Source of the DNA: Myxococcota bacterium
Lineage (GTDB): Bacteria; Myxococcota_A; SURF-8
DNA: 64,000 bases
Direction: 5' to 3'
NCBI GenBank assembly: GCA_965140415.1
Contig: OZ223209.1
Location: 384,001 to 448,000, forward strand
Position numbers and translations under genes: made by a program. The notes beneath the pieces are model-generated. The model made no database searches, had not been told where the DNA came from, and saw only the letters and a program-made list of their open reading frames with translations. Of the stretch, positions 48,910 to 58,746 are shown one piece after another; positions within the stretch are counted from its first letter, which is position 1, and every line of letters starts with the position of its first letter.

Positions 48910-49278
48910 ATGCGGAAAAGGGAGCTGCAACAATTCGAGGGTCTCCTCACACAAAAGATCGATCGGTTGATCGACAAGGCCGTGGGAATGATGGGTGGAG
49001 ACGGCGCAATGCCAGTACGCGCCGCCGATCCAAGTGACCGCGCTTCGTTGGAAGCCGAGAGCAACTTCTCCCTGCGTGTACGCGACCGCGAACGAAAGCT
49101 GATCCTCAAAGCCCGCCGGGCGCTGGACCGCATCAAAGACGGCAGTTACGGTTATTGCGACAATTGTGGCGAACCGATCAACAAAAGCCGTTTGCGTGCA
49201 CGTCCGGAGGCCAGCCTGTGCATCGAATGCAAGCGGGAAATGGAGGAGCGGGAGCGCAGGGCGAAGATGTTCCGCTAG
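48910..49278 (+). CDS. dksA: RNA polymerase-binding protein DksA
   Basis: DPSDRA tip motif; YGYCDNCGEPI...RLRARP...LCIECK zinc finger. Confidence 0.92.
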   Translation: MRKRELQQFEGLLTQKIDRLIDKAVGMMGGDGAMPVRAADPSDRASLEAESNFSLRVRDRERKLILKARRALDRIKDGSYGYCDNCGEPINKSRLRARPEASLCIECKREMEERERRAKMFR

Positions 49279-49380
49279 GATCGTGAAGAGGAAGCCTGTC
49301 CGGGGATGGGGAGCATATCAACGAATCGATTTGCTGTATCGTTGTAAGATGATTGGGATTCATGTGAAGGATATGGTCTG

Positions 49381-49995
49381 ATGAAGCGACAGATACGTGT
49401 AACACTCGCGGCGCTTGTAGCCGCTTCCTTTTTATTAATGGGTCATTACGCACCATTGCCGCTGGTGTTTCATGAACTGTATGGGAGCCTGTCGGGTTGG
49501 GGAAAGCTTACGGTGACGGGGCTTCGCTACGAAGCCGAGCAGCCAAAAGGCGAGTCATTCAGCCTGAGTGTATCACGTCCCGACAGCTTTAAATTACAGC
49601 TCGATTCCAAACCGACCACAGCCAATGCCGCCGAGCGCCGTTTTATCCAGCTTTTATTATCAGCCAACAGCAAAACTGCGTTGCTGGATAAACTCAAAAG
49701 CTGGGATGTCGATGTAAAAACCCTGGAACTGGGAATGATCGACCGGACGATCTGCTATATCCTAGGTGCGAAGCAGGACCAGTCGCATCGTCCCCAACTC
49801 TGGATCGACAAGTTCAGCCATCAGCCGGTTCGCCTGCTGTTGTTCGCCGCCGAAAACGGAAAAACGCAAAGCCTGGAAATCCGCATGCAGAACTGGGATA
49901 ATCCGGCGTCCAACGGGCGTTTTCCGCAAACCGTTTCCTTTTCTCAAAACGGACAACCGGTAAGCCGCTGGACCCTGCTGTCCATGGGCGATTGA
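49381..49995 (+). CDS. Exported hypothetical protein
   Basis: N-terminal signal-like segment; PQLWIDK....P.RL is reminiscent of LolA-like folds (weak). Confidence 0.65.
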   Translation: MKRQIRVTLAALVAASFLLMGHYAPLPLVFHELYGSLSGWGKLTVTGLRYEAEQPKGESFSLSVSRPDSFKLQLDSKPTTANAAERRFIQLLLSANSKTALLDKLKSWDVDVKTLELGMIDRTICYILGAKQDQSHRPQLWIDKFSHQPVRLLLFAAENGKTQSLEIRMQNWDNPASNGRFPQTVSFSQNGQPVSRWTLLSMGD

Positions 49996-50001
49996 TTCCC
50001 C

Positions 50002-52479
50002 ATGCCGCCGTCGTCTTACGCCACGGTCATTCTTCCCTTACCGCTGGACCGCTTGTTTACTTATGCCGTTCCCGATTCGCTGGCAGACGGGCTACAGCCC
50101 GGTATGCGCGTGGAGGCTCCCTTTCAAAAGCGCTGGCTGGTGGGCATCGTGCAAAGCATTACCCAAAAAGCGCCGGATTTCGACGTCAAACCATTGGGCG
50201 CGGTGCTGGATGGTAAACCCTTGTTCGACGAAGCCCTGCTCGATTTCTTGATCTGGCTGTCGCGCTATTACATGGTGGCTCCAGGCGAAGTACTTATGCT
50301 GGCATTGCCGCCCGGCATGCTGGCGGGGGAACGTTTGCTTGTGGCGCTGACAGGCAGAGGGCGCGCCTTGTTGCAGGGGTTGCCGCTGCCACCTGGAGAA
50401 AACGCGCCGCTGCCGTCGGAATCGAAAAACTGGATGAAGAAGCTGGCGCTATTGCCATTGACCGGTGAGGTGATGTTCTCCGCCTTTCAGAAGAAAGCGC
50501 GGCCCTTATCCAGATCCATGCTGCGCCAGTGGGAAACGGCGGAACTGGTGAAAGTCAGTATCAGCCAGCCCGGTTCGGGGTTGCGGGAAAAGCGTGTAAC
50601 GATTCTTCGGACTGCGCTGGATGAACCGGATGGTCTGTGCGCCTTGGCGCGCGCTCCAAAGCAGGCGGAGATTTATTCGCGCCTGTGTCGCTGCGGAGCC
50701 ATGGAACGTTCGGCCTTCGTTAAGGGCGACGCGGCTTGTGCGCGTGCGGTGTCCGAATTGATCAAGCGCGGCCTGATCGATTGCGAAGAGAAGATGGTGT
50801 ATCGATCTCCATTGGAGAATCACGTCTTGCCTGAGGATGAAGACCGGGGACAATTTGCGGACTTGTGGCCGGATCAGCAAAAGGCGCTGGATGTTATCGA
50901 AAAGGCGCTCGTAAAGAAGGAGCATGAAGTCTTTCTGCTTTACGGTACGCCGGGTTCGGGAAAGACGGAAGTCTATCTGCGGGCGGCCCGACAAAGCCTG
51001 GCCCAGGGAAAAAGTGTACTGCTTCTGGTGCCGGAGATTTCATTGACGCCGCAACTGGCGACGCGCGTGCAGCGGCGTTTCGGTGGCAAGGTGGCGCTAT
51101 TGCATTCGGCGCTTTCCGCCGGGGAGCGTTACGATGAATGGCGGCGCATCCTGAGCGGCGAAGCCCGGCTGGTGGTCGGGGCGCGTTCGGCCTTGTTTGC
51201 GCCGTTGTGCGATCTGGGTCTGATCATCGTCGATGAGGAGCAGGACCCTTCGTATAAAAGCGAAGAGAGGGTGTTGTATCAGGCGCGTGACGGCGCGGTG
51301 ATGCGCGCCAAGCAGGCGGGAATCCCGGTGCTGCTCGGTTCGGCTACGCCCAGCGTGGAAAGCATCGCCAACGCCAAGGCCGAGCGCTACAGCATGTTGC
51401 GTCTGGCGCGACCGGAAGAAATCCGAAAACCGAAGATGCACCTGATCGACATGGGCCTGCACCGCACCAGCAAGCGTTCGCTGCTCAGTTCCGAACTGGT
51501 GCTGGCGATCGAACAGCGCCTGGCGAAACACGAGCAGGTGATCCTGTTTTTAAACCGGCGCGGTTATGCGCCGTTTCTGTTGTGCAGCGCCTGCAAGCGC
51601 ACGGTGGATTGTCGCCATTGCTCGGTGACAATGCCCTATCATCGCACGGTGGGCAAGTTGCTCTGCCATCATTGCGACGTGCGTATGACGGTGCCGGAAC
51701 GCTGCCCGCATTGTGGCCGCGATACGTTGGAGCTGCACGGAGTCGGTACGCAGCGCGTTGAAGACGAACTGGAACTGACTTTTCCCACCGCGCGGATTGC
51801 GCGCATGGATCGCGATGTCAGCAGTAAAAAGGGTGCTCTGCGCGAATTGCTGGACGCTTTCGGCGCGGGAGACATCGATATTCTAATCGGAACCCAGCTC
51901 GTCACCAAAGGGCACGATTTTCCAAACGTTACTCTGGTCGGGGTACTGAGCGCCGATGCCGCCCTGCACATTCCCGATTTCCGCGCCTCCGAACGTGCTT
52001 TCCAACTGCTCTATCAGGTTGCCGGGCGCGCCGGACGACGCGAGCGGGAAGGCGAGGTCATCGTGCAGACTTTCCAGCCGGATCACCCGGTACTGCGCTA
52101 TCTGAAGCGACTGGACCCCGAAGGCTTTTATAAAGAGGAGCTACGAGCCCGAAAGGATCTGTACCCGCCGTTTAAAAAGCTGGCGTTATTGCGCTTTGAG
52201 CATGAAGACCAGCAGCGTGTGTTGGGCGCGGCACAGGCCTTCGGCGAAGCCTGCCGAAAGGATCTGGAACGCACGGATGCCTTTCCAACGGTGCTGCTTC
52301 TCGGTCCCAGCCCCGCTCCGCTGTTACGCATTCGCGAACGTTACCGCTATAGACTGCTGTTCAAAGCCGACAACCGGGCGCAGTTGCACCGCTTCGTGAA
52401 ATTTGCATTGCAACGGCACGGTGCGCTGCTGTCATCGATTCGTTGTCTGGTGGACATCGATCCCGGCTCGATGGGCTAG
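50002..52479 (+). CDS. priA: Primosomal protein N' (replication restart helicase)
   Basis: GTPGSGKTEVY, LVPEISLTPQ, IIVDEEQD, GSATPS, LNRRGY, four CxxC pairs, GTQLVTKGHDFP, QVAGRAGR. Confidence 0.96.
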   Translation: MPPSSYATVILPLPLDRLFTYAVPDSLADGLQPGMRVEAPFQKRWLVGIVQSITQKAPDFDVKPLGAVLDGKPLFDEALLDFLIWLSRYYMVAPGEVLMLALPPGMLAGERLLVALTGRGRALLQGLPLPPGENAPLPSESKNWMKKLALLPLTGEVMFSAFQKKARPLSRSMLRQWETAELVKVSISQPGSGLREKRVTILRTALDEPDGLCALARAPKQAEIYSRLCRCGAMERSAFVKGDAACARAVSELIKRGLIDCEEKMVYRSPLENHVLPEDEDRGQFADLWPDQQKALDVIEKALVKKEHEVFLLYGTPGSGKTEVYLRAARQSLAQGKSVLLLVPEISLTPQLATRVQRRFGGKVALLHSALSAGERYDEWRRILSGEARLVVGARSALFAPLCDLGLIIVDEEQDPSYKSEERVLYQARDGAVMRAKQAGIPVLLGSATPSVESIANAKAERYSMLRLARPEEIRKPKMHLIDMGLHRTSKRSLLSSELVLAIEQRLAKHEQVILFLNRRGYAPFLLCSACKRTVDCRHCSVTMPYHRTVGKLLCHHCDVRMTVPERCPHCGRDTLELHGVGTQRVEDELELTFPTARIARMDRDVSSKKGALRELLDAFGAGDIDILIGTQLVTKGHDFPNVTLVGVLSADAALHIPDFRASERAFQLLYQVAGRAGRREREGEVIVQTFQPDHPVLRYLKRLDPEGFYKEELRARKDLYPPFKKLALLRFEHEDQQRVLGAAQAFGEACRKDLERTDAFPTVLLLGPSPAPLLRIRERYRYRLLFKADNRAQLHRFVKFALQRHGALLSSIRCLVDIDPGSMG

Positions 52480-55400
52480 GGGCGTTTCTTCCGACTATGA
52501 ACCTGGTGCGCAAAGGCTTCCAGACGATTGATGTTATGGGTGGACTGCAACCCCTCATACACCAGCGTACACATCGACAGATCCGGCATCTGCTGCCGGA
52601 TGGAAGGCGTCAGCGCCGCCGTGACGGTGCCGAGCATGCAGTTGTGACACATGGTGTTGATTACCCCGGAAGCTCCGGCCTGCTCGAATTCCTCGATGCG
52701 GCTCAGATTCAATGAAAGGGCTTTATCGATCCAGAAGCTGGTGTGACGGCTGGCAGCGTTGTACACTTGCGGAAACTGGCGCTCCTGCGGCGTGCGGATC
52801 GAATCTGGGAAATAGCGATCCACCAGAGAGCGCAGCCAGAATAGCGCCGGGATCAAAGCGCGTGCGCCGTTTCCGGACACGCTGCGGCTCTGTCGCAACA
52901 ATTCCCGATGCAACTGCTCCATACCTAAAAACGCCACATCGACCAGCGAACAACTGGTCCAGACTTCAAATCCCAGTTCGTCCAGGCGGTCGTACAGGTG
53001 GTTGTTGGCGTGTTCGTTGATGCGCGTGTACACGTCGCCCACAATGCCGATGCGGGGGCGCTGGCCGTTGTGATCGCGTAATTTCACGGCTTGAAACGCC
53101 CGCACGGATTCTTTTAACGACGCCCAGAAACGACCGCCGGCCAGACCGTCCTCGATGCGTTTCAGGTTCTCCTGGTGCACCCGTTGCAACTCGCCGGGAG
53201 TCTGTTCGTAAGGTTCGTTTTCCACTTTCCACTTGTAGAGTCGGTCGATGGCGTACAGCCCCAATGTCAGGCGGATAATATAGGGATGACCCAGCCCGCT
53301 CATGGTGGGAGGATCGGCGATGTTCATCAGCGTCACGCCCTGTAAACCGTTGCGATCCAGAATCAGACGCAGCATCAGCAGGTATTGCGGCAGCAGGCAG
53401 GGACCGAAATAACTGGGTGTGTAGTAGCTGGCACCGTTCAAATCGAAATCCGGCTGTGCCGCGGCTTTAAGCAGATCTCCCACGAAAGAGATAAAGGGGT
53501 GGCATTCGCGCCCGTAGGCATGTCGCAGGCCCAGTTGCCAGCTCTCGTCATCGGTTGGCGGCAACAGCACCGCCTTGCAGTTGGAAGCGCGCAACGCGCC
53601 GATGAAAGCGTGGGCGTGATCGCTGAAATGCGGCACGTAATAGGTGTACTGTTGCAGCGGGCGGTCGGCGTGGCAGGGTTCCGGCCCCAGTTCCAGTTGC
53701 GTGCGTTTACCCGGATTGTTGCGCAGGGTATGCGCGAAAGCCTCCAGTCGCGTCACCAGCCCGGCTTCGGCCTGATGCTCGTCGAATTCCAGCACGATGT
53801 GCGGCGTGTCGAACAGTTCGTGTTCCAGATACTGATCGACAAAGGCATCCGGTCCGCAGCCGAAGTTGGTGACCAGCACGGCGGAAAGGCGCGGATTGCG
53901 TTTGAGAACGCGCGCGGTCTTGATGGCCTGGCGTCCGTAGATCCAGCGCACGCGATGCCAGAAACCGGGTAGCTGCTCCTCGGCCAGCGGCAGAAAATCA
54001 TTGGGAATCGGTTCGATACCCAAACTCTGCAATCGTCTGGCCAGATTCAAATTGACGTAGCGATCCGTCGTGTTGTAGGGACGCCCGATCAGCACTGCAC
54101 CAAGTCCGTTTTCCGAGTCCAGCCGCTTCAGCAAAGCCTCTCCGGCTTTCAGGCAGGCGTCTTCGAAGCTGCGCTGTTCATGAACCGCCGCCTTATAGGC
54201 GCGCTCGATGTCCTTGCGGTCAGCCTGTAATGTGTTGGCCGCGCGTTTTTTCCAGTATTTCAATTCCTGTTCGAAAGGCGTTTCCAAGGAAAGCACGTCC
54301 ATTCCGGTCGTAGCGGCGATGACCGAAGGCGCGGCCTGGGTGTAGGCACAGGCGTAACGCAGGTGCTCGTCGCCCGGCGGCGTGGCCAGCCGCAAGTGCG
54401 GAATGAAAATCTGATCGACGTTCTTCTCGCGCAGGCGCTGTACCTGCCCGAATAAAACCTTGATCGGATAGCAGAATTCCGCAGGAACGTGTGTCAGGCC
54501 CCATTCCACGCTTTCACGATTGCTTGCGCCGCTGCACACGACACCGTATCCCAACTCGGAAAAGAAGGTGGACCAGAAGGGCAGATGCTCGGTCATGCTC
54601 AGCGCAAAGGGGAAGCCGATCGTGCCGCGCGGGCCTTGTGCCGCGTGGCGGCTATGGGTTTCGAACAGCAGACGTTCGCGCGTGGCGAAGGCGTCCTGTG
54701 CGGGCAGGGGCTTGTCGCTACCGTTTTCGTAGCGACCGCAGACACTGCCGAAGCTGGCCTGCCGTCCGCCGGGGAAGCTGACTTTCTGTACCTCACATAG
54801 ATTTTCACAACCGCGACAGGTAAAGCTGGTGATCTGCGAGGGTTCGACAAGTTGCGCGAAACTCCATGCAGCCTCACGAGGTTTCGTTTCGTAGCGTTCA
54901 CGCGCCACGAGCGCCGCACCCAACGCCCCTGAAATTTCCGGATGCGGATGCGCCTTGACGCTGCGGCCTAAAAGTTTTTCGAAAACCGCATGTACCGCCC
55001 GGTTTTTTGCAACGCCGCCCTGAAACAGAATCCGTTCACCCAGCGGACGCGAACCGACGACCTTTTCCAGGAAATTTTCCCCGATGGCGTAAGCCAGCCC
55101 GGCGCACAGATCCGGCTTGCTCGCTCCCCGTTGCAGATGATGCACCAGATCCGAATCCATAAAGACCGTGCAACGGCTGCCCAGTCGCACCGGTTCATCC
55201 GATTCGAAGGCCAAACGGGCGAAATCCTTTTTGATGTCCACTTTCAGCCGCCCGGCCTGCTCCTCCAAAAAGGCTCCGGTTCCAGCAGCACAGGCGCGAT
55301 TCATCTGAAAGCGCGACACCTGCCCGTTCGACAGATGGATATACTTGGAGTCCTGGCCGCCGATTTCGATAATGGTGTCCGTTTCGGGGGCGAATTGCGC

Positions 55401-56630
55401 CGCCGAACGCGCCTGGGCGCTGATTTCATCCAGGGCCAGATCGGCGTCGATCAGTTCCCGCGCCAGATGCCGCCCGCTGCCGGTCGTCGCCAACGCGCGA
55501 ATGTCCAGTTTGTCGGGCAGTTGCGCTTCGATCTGCGCCATGGCCTTGGCCACCGCCTGCACCGGACGTCCTGCCGTGGGCAGATAGCAGGAGGCGATCA
55601 GTTTACCGTTTGGATCGATGACCGCCGCCTTGGTGCTCACCGAGCCGACATCCACACCCAGAAAGCCGAAAGTCGAAACCGAGGTTGCGGCAGGTTCGCT
55701 TTCCTTTTCGATTGAAGGCTCTTTCAGCGGCGCGCGGGCTTCCATGTCTTCCTTGTGGTTTGCCTGCGCTTGTTCCAGGGCTGTGTGCAACTGCGAGAGG
55801 CACACCGGTTCGGCGCAAGGCTGCTCCCTGGCGATCAGGGCCGCACCCAATGCACCCATCACAAGGTAAGGCTCCGGGCGGATGAAGTCACGCTCGGATA
55901 AACCTAAAAGCTGCTGAAACGCGCGCTGCACTCCATTGTTAGCCGCCACACCGCCTTGAAACAACACCGGCGCTGCGGGTGGTTTCCCGTGGCAGAGACT
56001 CACCAGGTAATTTCTGGCCAGCGCAAAGCACAAACCGCTGGTAATTTCTTCCGTCGGCGTCGCGCGTTGTTGCAGATGGATCATGTCGGTTTTGGCAAAC
56101 ACCGAACAGCGCCCGGCGACGCGCGCAGCCCGTTCGGTCTTGGCAGCCAGTTCGCCGAAAGTTACGATATCCAGACCCAATCGCTCCGCCTGCTGATCCA
56201 GAAACGCTCCCGTTCCGGCTGCGCACAGTTCGTTGAAGGCGTGGTCTTCGATGACCGGACCGCCTTCGCGTTGCTCGATCTGAATGAATTTGGAATCCTG
56301 TCCGCCGATTTCAATTATGCTCTTGACCTCGGGATGCAAGGTCCAGGCGGCGGTGGCGTGCGCCACGATTTCATTGACGGCGCCGGCTTGCAGCGCTTCT
56401 TTGAGCAGGCTTTTTCCCGACCCGGTCACGACACAACCGGACAGGCTCGGATCGTCCAACTCGCGTTGCAGATCCTGCAACAGTTCAAGCGCCGCTTGCA
56501 GCGGATGCCCTTGCGTACGGCGATAATGTTGGGCGAGAATCCTGTTGTGTTCGTCCAACACAACGGCTTTGATACTGACGGACCCCAGATCGAGCCCCAA
56601 CCACAACGATGCAGAATACTCAGAAGACAT
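52476..56630 (-). CDS. Large acyl-CoA dehydratase activase-like fusion (two BadF/HgdC-type ATPase domains plus DUF2229-like regions)
   Basis: Two copies of GxDxGSVS.K, EIGGQDSK, N..CAAGTGAFL..QA, RC.VF..D, FQGGVA.N; C-terminal CYPIK, FGCGPD, GRECHP, CHNCM; start moved to ATG 56630. Confidence 0.88.
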   Translation of the reverse strand: MSSEYSASLWLGLDLGSVSIKAVVLDEHNRILAQHYRRTQGHPLQAALELLQDLQRELDDPSLSGCVVTGSGKSLLKEALQAGAVNEIVAHATAAWTLHPEVKSIIEIGGQDSKFIQIEQREGGPVIEDHAFNELCAAGTGAFLDQQAERLGLDIVTFGELAAKTERAARVAGRCSVFAKTDMIHLQQRATPTEEITSGLCFALARNYLVSLCHGKPPAAPVLFQGGVAANNGVQRAFQQLLGLSERDFIRPEPYLVMGALGAALIAREQPCAEPVCLSQLHTALEQAQANHKEDMEARAPLKEPSIEKESEPAATSVSTFGFLGVDVGSVSTKAAVIDPNGKLIASCYLPTAGRPVQAVAKAMAQIEAQLPDKLDIRALATTGSGRHLARELIDADLALDEISAQARSAAQFAPETDTIIEIGGQDSKYIHLSNGQVSRFQMNRACAAGTGAFLEEQAGRLKVDIKKDFARLAFESDEPVRLGSRCTVFMDSDLVHHLQRGASKPDLCAGLAYAIGENFLEKVVGSRPLGERILFQGGVAKNRAVHAVFEKLLGRSVKAHPHPEISGALGAALVARERYETKPREAAWSFAQLVEPSQITSFTCRGCENLCEVQKVSFPGGRQASFGSVCGRYENGSDKPLPAQDAFATRERLLFETHSRHAAQGPRGTIGFPFALSMTEHLPFWSTFFSELGYGVVCSGASNRESVEWGLTHVPAEFCYPIKVLFGQVQRLREKNVDQIFIPHLRLATPPGDEHLRYACAYTQAAPSVIAATTGMDVLSLETPFEQELKYWKKRAANTLQADRKDIERAYKAAVHEQRSFEDACLKAGEALLKRLDSENGLGAVLIGRPYNTTDRYVNLNLARRLQSLGIEPIPNDFLPLAEEQLPGFWHRVRWIYGRQAIKTARVLKRNPRLSAVLVTNFGCGPDAFVDQYLEHELFDTPHIVLEFDEHQAEAGLVTRLEAFAHTLRNNPGKRTQLELGPEPCHADRPLQQYTYYVPHFSDHAHAFIGALRASNCKAVLLPPTDDESWQLGLRHAYGRECHPFISFVGDLLKAAAQPDFDLNGASYYTPSYFGPCLLPQYLLMLRLILDRNGLQGVTLMNIADPPTMSGLGHPYIIRLTLGLYAIDRLYKWKVENEPYEQTPGELQRVHQENLKRIEDGLAGGRFWASLKESVRAFQAVKLRDHNGQRPRIGIVGDVYTRINEHANNHLYDRLDELGFEVWTSCSLVDVAFLGMEQLHRELLRQSRSVSGNGARALIPALFWLRSLVDRYFPDSIRTPQERQFPQVYNAASRHTSFWIDKALSLNLSRIEEFEQAGASGVINTMCHNCMLGTVTAALTPSIRQQMPDLSMCTLVYEGLQSTHNINRLEAFAHQVHSRKKRP

Positions 56631-56756
56631 ACCAGCGTCATCCTTTCCGCAAGAAAAAGAAAACGTAGCATTGGAGGTTATTGCGTCGATGCGGATTCCC
56701 GCCGCCCCGGTATGATCCAAGGGCGGCGAAAACCGACGCAGGATTAGAAGCGTTCC

Positions 56757-58154
56757 TTAATCTTCGGGCAGCACCAACAACTTGTTGCCCTCGTCGATGG
56801 CCCAGCATTTGCCGTCGCCGCGCGCGGCGCGTTCGGCTACCCAGGCCGCCGGATCGGCAACCGGCTGGAAACCGCCGGGCAGGATCTTTTCATCGGGCAA
56901 GGTGCAGTGCAGATAGAGCTTGACCTTCTGCTCCAACTGCAATTTCAGCACTCGGTCCGTTTTCCATAGGTAAAGCTGGAAATTCTTTTCGACCCATTCG
57001 TTCCATTCAGACAGCGGACGCGGCAGCCATTTGACCAGGTTGTCCCAGAACAGCTTTTTGGCTTTCAGATCGGGAGCCAGGCCGCTGACTTCCTCCGTCA
57101 GGTCCGGGCGTCCCAGGCAGGGAGCCAGGATCAGGGCTTCTCCGCCATTCTGGATGGCGAACTTCAACGCAATATCAAAGCAGTTCTGCACGCCGTACAA
57201 TGCGTTACAGGCGGGCGGTCCACCAGGAGAGATCACCACGTACTTGGCGCGTGGCAAAACGTTGGCGGCCAGTTCGTCGGCGGCTGTAGTCATGTGGCGA
57301 CAGACGGTGTCGGCGTCGCCCGCTTCCAGCCAGTCGATGCTCTTGGTGGTGCTGATCATATCGAGCAGGAAAACCGGCAACGGGGCGACCTTCTTCAATT
57401 CGCCGTTTTCGATGATGTGCTGCTCGCCGATCAAGCGCACCAGGCGATTGTCGTAGGAAAAGGGATTTTCCCGGCGCGTTTCATCTTCGTGGTAATAGAT
57501 GCGCCCGGCTCCGGCCAGTTGATGCTGCAAGGCCTGCTTGTGGGTGGCGGCAATGGTGCGGCGCGAAGCCAGTCCCGGCGAGATCTGCTTGTCCACCACG
57601 CTGAAGCCGTTCATGTAATGATGCTTCGATTCGTGGCCGTACACGCGCACTTCGGTTTTGAGCCATTCATCCCACAATTCGGCGGGAGAACCCAAATCGG
57701 TGTCACCCAGATAGCTGTGTTCTCCGCTGTCGCAGTTGTTGGCCAGCACCCGGTAATTTTTCAATCCCATCTGCTTGGCCATGGCGTCGATGGACGGGAT
57801 GAAATTCTTGCCATAGATGCCCGCATCGTGCGAACCGGTCGCCAGGAAAATGTCGATGGACTTGGGCTTTCCGCTCTGAATCTCCAACAACATGCGTTCA
57901 GCGATCAGTTCCTGTAACCCGGCGCGGAATTCGTCGGAAATAACCAGTCCAACACGTTTGTCCGCTACCATGTCTTTCAGTCGCGGCGAGCCGGTCGGGT
58001 TGGCCAGTGCTTCGTCGATCTTGACGGTCATTTGATCGCGGTTCAGGATGTTCTGGCTGGGTTTGGGCTGTACCAGATCGCCCATCAGGAAATCTTCGGG
58101 AAAGGGTACCTCAAGAGTCTTTTCACCATACGTGAAAGATAGCGTCTTGCTCAT
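56757..58154 (-). CDS. Lactate racemase LarA/DUF2088 family protein (divergent)
   Basis: ALANPTGSPRL, ISDEFR, ATGSH, HHYMNGFS..DK...PG, SPGGPP; start moved to ATG 58154. Confidence 0.75.
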   Translation of the reverse strand: MSKTLSFTYGEKTLEVPFPEDFLMGDLVQPKPSQNILNRDQMTVKIDEALANPTGSPRLKDMVADKRVGLVISDEFRAGLQELIAERMLLEIQSGKPKSIDIFLATGSHDAGIYGKNFIPSIDAMAKQMGLKNYRVLANNCDSGEHSYLGDTDLGSPAELWDEWLKTEVRVYGHESKHHYMNGFSVVDKQISPGLASRRTIAATHKQALQHQLAGAGRIYYHEDETRRENPFSYDNRLVRLIGEQHIIENGELKKVAPLPVFLLDMISTTKSIDWLEAGDADTVCRHMTTAADELAANVLPRAKYVVISPGGPPACNALYGVQNCFDIALKFAIQNGGEALILAPCLGRPDLTEEVSGLAPDLKAKKLFWDNLVKWLPRPLSEWNEWVEKNFQLYLWKTDRVLKLQLEQKVKLYLHCTLPDEKILPGGFQPVADPAAWVAERAARGDGKCWAIDEGNKLLVLPED

Positions 58155-58491
58155 TGCTCTGCTCCGAATAAAGGTTGAATGGCAATTGCAGATATTACAC
58201 CTTGTGTAAGATGTAGCAGCTAGCCACGATGGCGTCAAGGAAGAATGTACACGCAAGAGGGCAATTCTTTGGATTTATTGCGACCTGAAACAGCCTGACT
58301 GTATTGCAGGAATATACACATTCGCTCTCATGAAAGACAATTGGGGAGAATTTGCGAAGTTGGTGCGGAAATCATGAATAAAAGCGGCAAAAAAATGCTT
58401 GCCGACCGTTGAAATGCTTGACAAACCGAAACAAACCTTGTAATAGACAATCCTCCATGGCAAACGGTCATGGACAACATAGCGGAGTTGG

Positions 58492-58567
58492 AGGCTTGTA
58501 GCTCAATTGGCAGAGCAGCGGACTCTTAATCCGAAGGTTGAGGGTTCGATTCCCTCCAGGCCTACCA
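58492..58567 (+). tRNA. tRNA-Lys (anticodon CTT)
   Basis: 76-nt cloverleaf: acceptor AGGCTTG/CAGGCCT, D arm GCTC/GAGC, anticodon loop CTCTTAA, T arm GAGGG-TTCGATT-CCCTC, encoded CCA. Confidence 0.96.
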
Positions 58568-58615
58568 GATTCGGCTGCCGCCCCACGGGGCGGCAGTCGC
58601 GTATGGACCAACAGG

Positions 58616-58700
58616 GCGAGAATGGCGGAATTGGCAGACGCGCTGGACTTAGGATCCAGTGGGGTGACCCGTGTGGGTTCGAGTCCCACTTCTCGCACCA
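58616..58700 (+). tRNA. tRNA-Leu (anticodon TAG)
   Basis: 85-nt cloverleaf: acceptor GCGAGAA/TTCTCGC, anticodon arm CTGGA-CTTAGGA-TCCAG, long variable arm, GTGGG-TTCGAGT-CCCAC, CCA. Confidence 0.96.
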
Positions 58701-58746
58701 TTATCGTATAGGGTTTTATAAACCCGCAAAAGCAAATGAGGTCGTC

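Noticed and set aside
52476-52479. priA and the activase gene share a CTAG at their convergent stops
   Set aside because: A common compact arrangement with no sign of further function
58507-58746. 80-aa N-terminal extension of trigger factor in the ORF track
   Set aside because: It runs through two intact tRNA genes; GTG 58747 has an RBS and gives a normal-length protein
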